Assembly (NCBI GenBank): GCA_026770705.1
Contig: JANJGN010000075.1
Location: forward strand, 1,488,001 to 1,552,000
From: Isurus oxyrinchus
Taxonomy: Eukaryota
Reading direction: 5' to 3'
Length of the DNA: 64,000 nt
This document shows positions 39,901-51,900 of the stretch, in pieces. Below the pieces are notes generated by a model that was given only the letters and a program-made list of their open reading frames with translations, was not told the DNA's origin and ran no database searches. The translations under genes were made by a program, and so were the position numbers. Within the stretch, counting starts at the first letter, position 1; each line of letters starts with the position of its first letter.

Positions 39901-42900
39901 GACTAGGAAACTGAACAGGATATAGGAAAATCAACAGGTCATTTAACACTTCAAGTCTTTGATACCATTAAATTAGATCACAGCCACGCAGCCAGTAGGA
40001 CGCGGTGACGTAGTAGTGTATCACTGGATTAATAATCCGCAGCAATGGTTTATGGATCTGTGATCGAATCCCAAGTGGAGGAATAAGCATGAAACCAGTG
40101 TGGATTATTCTAAAATGCCAGTTGCCGGTATCCACGTCACCAAATAATTCGCAAAGACAAATGGATGTAAATACAAGCTGAGGTAGTGATGCCCCATGAG
40201 TCAATTCAAGAGGAATGGTACATGCCATTCTCTGATTGATATCAAAAAATACTGTTAATTATGAAAAACATAAACCATTGACATGGCCTTTGGCAGGAGC
40301 TATTTCCAATCTTACGCCGCCCTAGTTTCCTAAGTTCACTCCTGAAAGCTAGGACTGTATCGACTGTAGCGCCTCCCAGTCCCACACTGCAGATGTGTCC
40401 GGAGAGTGGAAACTCTGAGCTTCTTCTGCTGAGAGTAGAAAGGTATCAGCGGAGAATTGATGGCAGTGTTCAAAATCACGATGGATTTTGATGGATTGGA
40501 AAAGGAGCAAGTAATTCCAGTGGTGGTAACCAGAGGACACACAATTGAACATACTTGGCGAAAGAACAAAAGGGGGCATGATGGGGAAAAATTGTTGTGA
40601 TCTGGAATGCACCTCCTGAAATTGTATTATGAGCATTTGAAATTGAATTGGAGAAGTAGCTGCATGCAAAATGGAATCCATGTCTATTGGGGAAAGCAGG
40701 GAGTTGGCTCAAGTGCAAAACACCACAGAGGAGCTGACAAATGTGAAATGAGAGGAATAGCCTTCTCTGTACTGTAATGTATCGTTCCCCGATTCTTGGG
40801 AATAAGGGAAGGTTCTGGTCTACATTTAATCATTTCATTTTCTTTCTTTTCAGTGGCCTTTGCGGTTCAGTGGAGTGTGGCTCAATGTAAGTATTGACAT
40901 TTCTCTCTAAAATCCTGACAATGAATAATTAATTCCCACACTGGTAAATCAATCAGTTTGCTTTAATCGATATGAATTTGGTTGCTATAACCCATAGTGT
41001 TGTCGCAGTGATAGCTGCAATTCAGCATGTATTCTGACAGTTGTCATTACTAAGACGTTATGTGAAATGCCCTTTTTTGACATTTTATCCCATTTCCTTT
41101 CTTGCCGAGAATGACGAGGCAGCAATCCCGCATTCCAAATCGTCACAGACCAAAGTTCTATTGAACTTTAAAATGACCTCAAAGTTGAATTTACTTTTTC
41201 ATTCCAAGTCCTCACATTTGTTATCATGGCGAAGGAGGCCATTCTTTCCTTTATGTCTGTTCTGCCTTTGAATGCCAGCGTGACTGACCTATCTCTTCCC
41301 TCCTTCTATACACTCTGGTTACATAATCTTTAAAAACCTAAACTAACAAACATATTTTCAACTTACCAAGGCTCTGGAGTTATCCTGCAGTACCAGATTC
41401 AAGCCACTGCTCGCCTCAATGTGTTCTTGTCTACATCATTGGAAGGGTTAGTTTTATTTTCCAGTCTTTCTCTGCTCATTCTGGACTCGGAAACGAGTGG
41501 CATAAAATCTGTCAATCTCGACCAGGAAACAGTTAATTTACCTGAAACACCTCAATTTCATCAATTTATGTTAAAAACTTAGCATTTCGCATGCAGTCTG
41601 TTGTCATAATTCACAACATGTCGCCCAGAAATGATTCTCTAACACTGCAGAGGCCCAATCTCACAAATATCTTCCCTGTCCACTGAACCCAGTCTGGACC
41701 ACCACCTAGAACTCTTCAATTGATCAAATAGAGCAACTATTGATTTCCATCTCGAACAATGATTAAATAAAATAAAAGAAACATGTTACTCATGGAGTTG
41801 TATCTGTTATTGTGTTTTCCTAGCAGCTTTGACTAAGGCCATGTTCAGTACAGTCGCATCCCCACATGCTGGTGGAATCCTCTCCCTGCCCCACCAGAGT
41901 TGTTTCAGTGGCAATGCAGCACTAAATCTGAGAGCAGACTTTCCCCTGGCTCCTCTGTCCTTCCCCTCAGTCCAACAACATTAACCACTGGTAACTATGC
42001 ATAATCTGCAGTTTCCCCCAAAAAACCGGGCTGCTCTGACAGCTTCGTTGCTACCACAATTTGCATTTATTTTGTGCCTTAAATGCTGTAACACATCCCA
42101 ATGTGCTTCATGGGAACCATTATGAAACGAAATTTGACACTGTTTAATAGGAAGAGGTTTTAGTGCCGATCGCCAAAATATATGCCGAACAGGCAGGAAT
42201 GAAGGGGTGTACTAAAAAAAGGCAGAGAAAGATGCCAAAGAGCAGTGGTGGAATTCCAGAGTTTCGGATAACCAGACAGCCGAAGACGCCAATTGTGGAG
42301 CGATGGAAATTTCAAGAATCCGGTATGAGACGAGAGCAGAGATGTCGGAGGAGTCTTGGGATTGGGGGAGTTCGCACAGTTAGATAGGCCTCGAGAGCCA
42401 TGGCGAAGGTGGAGGGGGGCGGGGGGGGGTGGGGTCTGTGTGTGCTGAGGTGGGGGTTGATGTTGTGGTGCATTGACATCAAGAATGAGATTATTGTGAA
42501 ATCTATGTATTCTTTCATGGGCTGGCGACGTGGGAAGAATGTATTTTTTTGAGAACAGGAGTCATGGATCAGCAGATTTTGGTGCGAATAAAGAAAGAGG
42601 GCAGCGGAGATTTAGTTAACTTCGAGTTTAAGCCTGGTGGAAAATGCACGTTTCACCAGGATGCAGGTGGAATAGATATGCCTGGAGGTAACAACAGTAG
42701 ATGAACACGGGCAGAGGTCGAGTCAGGTGATGCCACTGAGACAGATATAGGTGGCCATAAAGATAGAGTTCATAAGACCAACTCAAAGTCAAAAGTCGCA
42801 CTTACTTTATCAAGAAATTCCTACAGGGACAGGAAGCTACCAGGGAGTGGGATGGAGTTGGTGCCTAGGGATAGGAGCTCTGGAGTTGGGGGATGGGGGA

Positions 42901-45900
42901 TGGGTGTCTTGGGGTCCAAACCCACGTCCTGCTTCCAATCAGCATAACGGTTTTACCAACAAATCGTGGCCTGCATCGTTTGAGAGACACTCATCATCAG
43001 ATTCTCAAAGGCAATGAGAATGGACAAGGAATTCAGCCTGGCCAGAAGCACTCACGTCCGGAATAAATGCATAATACTTCCGGTGTACAAGGGCAACTCC
43101 AGTGTTTGAAAAGCAAATCCACACTGTTTAAAGTTACATTTTCACCTCGACCAGATAAGCTAGAAGTGTCGAATGCACAATAAACAATCTCCTCCATTCC
43201 CTCGTATACCACAGTCACAGTTCTGATCCGACTTCTAACTTGAAAGACATCTCCATATGAGTTACTTTCTTTGGCACGGCCATATTATTGCCTGTATTAC
43301 CCAAGTAGCTGGACTTCACATATGCGTCAGTTGTCATAAAGCCATTTTTAAATCACAGAGTTACTGAAATACATTGATAAAACAAAGGAAACTGCGGATG
43401 CTGGAAATCCAAAACAAAAACAGAATTACCTGGAAAAACTCAGCAGGTCTGGCAGCATCGGCGGAGAAGAAAAGAGTTGACGTTTCGAGTCTTCATGACC
43501 CTTCGACAGAACTAGTTCTGTCGAAGGGTCATGAAGACTCGAAACGTCAACTCTTTTCTTCTCCGCCGATGCTGCCAGACCTGCTGAGTTTTTCCAGGTA
43601 ATTCTGTTTTTGTTTTTACTGAAATACATTGTTCAACTTCAAATACTTCACTCTTTCTCAGTTAACAAATCCCTAAACAACATCTTGTTCCAACTCATTT
43701 CCAACGGATGCATCTTCGCTCAACAGGAATTGAGTTATCAACTTCCACTGCACCTGAAGCCCTGGAGATCCATTCCTAACAGAACATTCCCTTTCTTCTT
43801 CCGTAGATGCATTAACACAGCCAGAGATATCACTTGACCAACCGACTGGAGTTTACTGGGAAACAGAGAATATCACCATTAAATGCACTGCGCTGGCAAA
43901 CTATTATGATAAAACATTCCTCATTTACAAGGATAATAATGACCTCAGCCTTTTACTAGCGTCCAAACAGCATGAATTTGTAATGTTCTCGATTCCTGCT
44001 TTAAACCAGGGAGGGCGGTACCAATGCAGGTACAGGGTTTTGGTTCTCCAGTCTGGTTCTCCAGCGAGCGAAACAGTGATGGTGACTATAGAAAGTAAGT
44101 GACGAGGAACAGAGATTGTTAACAATGACTTTACTCATAACAATTGCGACTTACAAATCTGAATGTGTTTTTAGTATAAGAACATAGGACTTTAGGTATT
44201 AGGAGTGAGGAGTGTAATGGAATGACCTTGGAATTCATGGCATAACTCCTGCTCGATGTCAGGAAAGACTGACGCCTGAATGCATCAGTCGTGACTGTAG
44301 GGGCTGAGGGAACCAGAGGAGTTAGGCAGCAGGAGCACCGTGCGAGTGTACAGTCAAAAGCTGAAAAATTCTGTCCCTCGTGAAGTGGCCAATTATTGTT
44401 TGATGTCACACCGTATCCTGGGATACGGCTGGGCCGCTAATGATGCCAAACTGGACTCGAATGTTTGCATCCTAATACTGATGACATCACAGGGTCCTCC
44501 ATGCCCCCATGCGGTGGGGAGGCCAAATCACCCAATCATGGCCTCCACCCATTGTCTCTCATCTCCACATAGAAATTGGCAGAACTCCCCCTTGTGTTGG
44601 ACTCCACCCATTCACACTCTCTTTAACTGGTTTGGTAGCAATTTCATCTGACTCAGTAGGCACTGGCTTCAATTTCCAATTCAGCGATTTGAGTTCCCTT
44701 ATCCAGTCCGGCACACCCCCGGTGCACAATTTAGTGTGTGCTGCACTGCCGAAGTTAGATGTCTAAAGTCCAGGACTTGAGCCCCATAATCGAGGACGAG
44801 CCGCTGAGGGACCGCTGCTCTACCGGAAGTACATGCACTTACTCTGAAGGCCGCAGGCCTTGATCTCCATAATCCAGTCAATACACCGGTGTTAGCCCTG
44901 AAAGAGTACTGCACTATCGGGGGCGGGGGGGGGGGGGGGGGGGGGTGGGGGGTGGTGGTGGTGGTTATCCGATGAGAGGTTATGAACAACCCTCATTTCA
45001 GGTGAAGGCAAATTACATCATGGGCAGTATTTCGCACAAGGTCATTGAGCAGTTCTCAGTAGTGTCTTGAGGTCAATAGATATCCGGCATCCAATGACGC
45101 CTTCATTATCTCAATATTTTTCCTGCAATATTGCTCTGTGTAAGTTGTTACACTTCAACAGTCGCAATAATTCAATATTAGTTCAGTTTTGGGAAAGCTC
45201 TCTGGGACATGCTGGGTTGCTGAGAAAGGCGTTGAAATATATGTTGATGTCTTCGTTCCCTTTCTAACCGAAACCGAACTCCCCGCCTGTGGAATCTGAG
45301 TCCCGGATGTAAACACTTCCCTTCCACACAGATCAATAGATAATGAGTTAGTAACGTTCTACTTATACATGGTATTCCCCTGATCCACTTCTCATTGTTC
45401 TTTCATTTATTTTACGACAGCTCCACCATCAAATCCAGTGATAAGTCTTGATCAACAGACTGGGGTTTATGTTGTCGGAGAGAGGGTCACCATTACCTGC
45501 ACTGTGACTGGAGATGATCGTGATAAAACCTTCTACTTTTACAGAGGGTACAACATACTCTCCCCCTCACAGCTCTTCACAAAGAACAACATTGGAACAG
45601 CTCATGTTATCGCTGGAACAAATGGAGATCAATACAGCTGCGCATATAGCGTTTCTGTCAATGGTAGGCGGATAGATTCCCCGGCGAGCCAGCATGTGAT
45701 GGTGACTGTAACAGGTCAGTGACAGGGAACATGGCTATAAAACATTGTTTGTATTTTTTACATATCAGTGATTTAATTATTGCATTAAAATGTAATGTTC
45801 AATGATCGGTGGGAGTATTGTAAGTGAATGAACTTTTACTTCATTTCTCAACTGTTGACAGTTTCCCTGAATGAATGAGACCTGAATGCACCCGCAGTGC

Positions 45901-48900
45901 ATCGGCTGTGATGGCAGGGTCTGAGTATGGGAGGGCAGAAAGGCTGGAGGAGAGGGGGACGGGACATGCCGCTGCTGAATTTTTCTGTTCCTGGGGAGAG
46001 CTGGCGTTCATGCATTGTGCTGTGAGGTCGCAGTCCACCTCACGATTGAGTTATTTTCATTCTGCCATCAAAGTGCCCCAGAATGTACGTACGTGAACAT
46101 TGATGATGTCACAGCGAATGCCACAAACCCGCCCGATCCTTTAGGATCCTCAGAGGCCTTGACAGGGTGCATGTGGAGGGGATGTTTCGTTTTATGGAAT
46201 AATCCAGAACTCAGGGGCTCGGATTAAAATTAAATGGTCACACATTTTAGACGGAGCTGAGTGGGTATTTTTCTTTCTCTCAGAGGATCTTTAGTCTTGG
46301 AACTCTGTTCCTGAAAGTTGAATGCAATGTATGTGAGAAATTTGAGGGCACAACGAGATAGATTCGTTATTAACGAGGATTTAAATGGTTCTTGGGAATA
46401 GTCAGGAATATGTGGCTGAGGTGACGCCAAATCAGCCATGATCCGATTGAATGGCTGGGGGCGGGGTGGGGGGGGGGGGGTGGTGGAGGGGTCGGGGGGG
46501 TGGGGGGGGGTGCCTCGGGGATGGGTGCCGAGTGGCCTAAACCTGGTCCGAATTTGTATATGTGTACGTTAATACATTCGAGATTCTGCATCCTCAATTG
46601 AACGGTTATTGCTACATTTTGGCTCCCATTCCCTTGAAACTGCGACTACAACCCATCACCTTGGAATATCTCAATTAGGCAGCCCGTAACGAATTTGGTA
46701 TCGCTCTTTCCTGAAAAGGAAATACCTGGCCTCTGCTCCCACTCAAACTAACTTTAGCTTCACAAATCAGACCGATATTCCCCCCGGCGCCAATATACAT
46801 TTAGCACTGCAAAGTCGGAGGTACTTGAATATACTCGAGGACGTATTCTGCTTAATCCAGAACTACACTCCCCCCGATAATAATAGAGAGAGCGCTCCGC
46901 AGTCGGAGTTAGATGGAAATACTCTAGGACTTGAACTCCATAATCCAGGCCGACACTCCCCCAGTGCCAGTACTGAGGTAGTGCTGCGCTCTCGGAGGTA
47001 CAAATATAAACTTTAGTGCTTGAGGTCGAGAATCCAGGCGACTCTCTGCCGAGTCCATTTCCCCATTTCAATCAGTTTGTTGATAGTCCCTGCTTGACTT
47101 TCGAGCACGGTAGCCAGGCTTTGGACTAACCATGTCATGTCCTGGTCTGTATTTAATTGGGTGTTATGAACTCTCTGTCCCCGCATTAGAATCTCTTTAA
47201 GCTTAAAGCTCAGGCTCCGGGTCTCCTGGTCAACAGTTGCCAGGTTCAGACTTAACAACTCATGTCCCTATCTTAAATATTGTAGCGGCATCATTTATCA
47301 GGCTGCACTTAATGGGGTTCCATCCTAAACCTGATTGCATCTCGCCTTTGACCTGAGATGCTTCAGTCATCAACCGGCCCATTTGAGCCATATATAGTGC
47401 CCGAATATGGGTTGAGCACCACTGCGGGGTGGCAATTCCGGATATGTTCAAGACAACGGGTAAAGCTCGTGGTGTACATTATTATACAAAACCTCTGGTT
47501 AACCAGTCGGCCCTGGATGCAGAGTTGGACAAGGTGGATCAGTCGGTGTGTTTGGAGGGGCTTAAATAATCTCTACTCGGTCTATGGAATTAGAAGTGGA
47601 AGGTGGCTGGGTAGTAGCGGGCCTCCCAGCCCGATCTGAAGAAAACCCTTACTACAATTCCAAAGCACTTGATCTCCTACTGTTAATTTATCATTCCCCG
47701 TTGGGTGTCGCATTTGGCACTGTCCGTGCTGTACCAAGGTTCCTCCTGCGGTCCGAGATGAGCAGTGATGATCCCCGACCTTGTTGCCAGTACTGATACA
47801 CCCACGACCAGGATCGTACCTCTGTGGAGACATTCACATCGCCTCCCGTTGTCCAGGTTACCGATTGGTCACTTGTCATGTATCTTTAACTGTGTGTAAT
47901 GCCTCCATTTACTTCCCGTTTTCATAGCTACAATTGTGCATGTATCATCCATCATAATTACCTCGTATAGTACATGCCTGTTCGCTCCGGGCTCACCTTG
48001 ACCATCAACTTTCTCCCCACTTGGGGGCCAGGGGTCCCTTGTTGCTCTTTGGATTTGCATGTTTCCATCTCCTTAATCACCTGTCAGTCTCTGACTTTCT
48101 TCCTAAACTCATGCAATTGTTTACTTATTTCCATCACAAAGTCTTGCATCCTTCCTTTTAGTGGTCCTACATCTCCTACTCCTACTATGGTTCCGTTGGG
48201 TATCTGCATTGTTCTTCTTTTCATTATTTCAAACGGGGTGAACCCGACGGTCCTGCTTGGGGTGGCCCCTAAGGCACATTAGAATATTGGGCTGTCCTCT
48301 GCCTCTTGAATTGCTTTTTGATTGATTGTTTTTTTTTTAAGTTCAGTTCATTCTTTCCATCATCCCTGGGCTCTGTGGCTGGTAGGGAATCTGGATTTTT
48401 TAAAAATATTTCAATTTATACATTTCTTTAATGGCTCTTCCTGTGAAATGAGTTCCCTGATCTGAATCCATCTGGAAAGGCTCCCTCCACTACTTCCAAT
48501 CTGTTGTCTCCTTCTGCTGTCCCACGCAGGGTCTCAATTCCTTTAAATTACCGACATAACTCTACAATGCATCTTCTTATCCAATCTTTCAATATCTCAT
48601 TATCTTCACTTCCAGTGATGGTTCTGTCTGTGCGCCGCTTAACTCTGTCTGTCATCATCGTGTTAATCCTGTGGCCTTACTTTTTGTACCTCGCAGGCAC
48701 ATCAATACACTCAGTAATATATCTATTTAGCATTTTTCCAGCTTTCCCTTTACCTGTATCCATCTTGTAGTAAATTGTTTTTAAGTATTATTTCTCCTTA
48801 CATTTCAATACCTGAACTATATTTTCCACGTAGATTTACCTCTATTTTTTTTTCCAGGACCAGGATCAGCCTAAGATTCTCTTGATGTCAGTTTCTCTAT

Positions 48901-51900
48901 TGTCTTGATTGTTTATAATGTGTCCTTGCTCTTTAGGCTGTATTAACTATTCCGTGTCAATGACTATCTCTGTTTCTAGATTTTTGCTGATCTCCCACTG
49001 TGTGTTTCCAATGTCTCAGTTGATGGCCAGATTGTCAAATTCACTTGGCTTAAAAAGTTTGTACATTCTGCCCTCTTTCCCTAACTCTTTCTCCTACATG
49101 CCTCATGCCATCTTGCACATGCAACAGCTACCATCTTATCTTGTTCAGGTTGCCTGGAGAAACTTATAAATAAATAAAATATTCTCATAACAGTTTTAAA
49201 AACAGTAATCAGGCGTTGACACGGTTTGCTTCCTTATCTTCCTCTCCAAAATTTTATTGTCTCAAAAGTAAACAACTAAATTGTGTTTGAATCGTTTCTT
49301 TTAGAATTTTCCCAGATTCATTAACACGGCCAAAAATTGGATTTCTGCCAAACTTTTTAAAGGTCATAAGCTTAGCTTCATGTTTTGGGAACAGACTTAA
49401 AAATACAAAAGCTTGCAGCATTTTAATTAGTGCCAATTGTTGTCAAACCTTTCAAAATGAAAATTCCTTTTTGAGAAATTATAAGGAACCAAACCTCACA
49501 TTTTAAACTTTGTAGGAAATGTAATTTATGCTATCAAAATGAACACTAACGCTTCCTTATGTGTATTGAAAAGCTTCCAAGTTATAATTCCCGTATTTTT
49601 ATCGATGCATTATTTATCTTAGATTGCACCCTAGTGATTCAAATGTAATCTTTTAAACTACACTGGACTTTAAACCTCAAGCTTTGTCCCAACTTCAAAT
49701 AACACTGCTGTTGGGATGCAGATTTCCTGTCATATTTAATTCATTTCTTCAACAGAAACCCCTTTTTATCCTTTCGATCAACCTAGAACGTGTGTTTATT
49801 CCTTTTGCTTTTCCTAGAATCCCTTGTACTTCAGGTACATTTTCCCTTCTGAATGTTACAATAAAAACTCGTATGAGTTAATGCATCTCGTATGTATCAA
49901 TCCCATTCAGCTTGGAAGCTGGTAATACTAGTCTCCAAGGGGGTGGTTCATCTAATCCTGTTTAACGACTTAAAACTCTCATATTCCAAACGAAGCTTCA
50001 AATAGCATTGGGGGGGAATAAAGGGATCTTGAAGGCTCCACCTGTAGGGACAATCAAAGTGACGAAAGCTCAAGTTTCCATTGCTACTGCCTGTCAGTGC
50101 TTATTGACGCCCCTAAGTGTACCCCCTTTTTTCTCTCTCTCTATGTCTCCCTCTCGCTTTCTCTCTCATCAGCACAAGCAGCTCTTTTAGCTGAAACAAA
50201 AACAAAATTACCTGGAAAAACTCAGCAGGTCTGGCAGCATCGGTGGAGAAGAAAAGTGTTGCCGTTTCGAGTCCTCATGACCCTTCGACAGAACTAGGTG
50301 AATCCCCAAATCCATCATAGGTTTCTCCTTCGGAGCTCTCCCCCTCTTGATCAGGATAACTACAAGCTGCCACTACTGCTCTGTTCTGTCCTGAATCTAA
50401 CCACTAAATGGACTAATTTAGTTTGATCACACTCACATCTTTGTCAGAAGGAAACCCATTCAAGCCAACTCCTGCAATTTCGAGCTCCATAATCTAGGCC
50501 GTCACTACCCCACTGACACAGCCCCCCCCCCCCCCCCCCACCCCAACCCCACACCGCCCACCCATGCCCATCCCTAATTGCCTCTCTGAAAGTGACTACC
50601 TGCAGCCTTCCAAAGCCTATGGGCATCCGATGTATCGGAAGAGAGTTCCAAGGATTTTGTTCCTATCTTTCTGATAAAACGTTAAAAAAGACGCTCACCT
50701 TCAGCGTACCACTTGGACATAAAATATCCAACGGCCAAAACCTCGACGGAATGACAGTGGGTAATTTACCTCAAAATTCCTCAGCCAAATATTTAACTTT
50801 GAACCAACATCCCTGCCACAAAAGTAAACATTGTTCTGGCACAGGAAGGTAGGAACATTGGAGAAGTCATGGGTCATTCTGCCAGTCCAGCCTGTTCCTT
50901 CATTCAGTTACATCCTTGCTGATAATCTAATTGAACACCACTTTCCCGCACTCTTCCCATATCACTCGATGTCATCACTGCTCATAAATCCAATATTCTC
51001 TCACACACTCACTGGTGTTTGTTACAACTTGCTGGGTACAATATTTCCTGCTAATGTTTGCACATTACAGCAGTGACTGCAGTTCCATAGCTGCTGCTGG
51101 CGTTATCAGTTTCGGAAATACGTCTCGAAGTGATTTTTTTCTTCATAATTTTGGAATCAAGCCCCCACCTCTCCCTTTGTGGAATCTCAGATGCGAATGT
51201 ATACATTGTCTTTCGACACAGATCAACTGATGTTGCTGTTACTAACACTGAGGCTACTTAAGATTCTCTGGCCCATTTACAATTGTTCTGCACATTTAAT
51301 TTACCACAGATCGGCTAAGAAAGCCAAGGATAAATCTGAATCAATGGACAGGGGTGTATGTAATAGGAGAGACGGTCGCCATGACATGCACTGTGACTGG
51401 AGATGATCGGTCGAAAACGTTCTCTTTTTACAAAGTTGATGCACTGCAGAACCCTTGGGAAATTGACACAAGAGGCAATATGAGAACATTCCTGGCTGCT
51501 GTTGAAAGTAGCGAAGGCCTATACCAATGTGAATATACAATTTCCATCAGAGGTCGGCATTTAACATCCCTAAAGAGCGAGGCTATGACCTTGACGATCA
51601 CAGGTGAGTGGCAGGGAACAAATAATGTTAATGTGTCTATTCACCGGGATTGACATATTCACAAATTCAGATTTCTTCCTCAAAATTAAACGGCCAGTGT
51701 TTGAGGAGAGGAAATTATGCGAAAACCAGGGACTTCATCGTTCAAGCCCTGACATTTTCCCTCAAAGAATGGGCCCTGAATTCACCCGCTGGGCATCAGC
51801 TATCACTGCAAGTGTTGAAATGGGAAGGGGGCAAGCAGGAGGAGGATGTGAGGGGAGAGTCAGCAGCTGAAGGATTCTGTCACTGAGGGAGGGGCTGTCC

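Noticed and set aside
43374-43629. Identical ORFs on both strands
   Set aside because: A consequence of the palindrome, not genes
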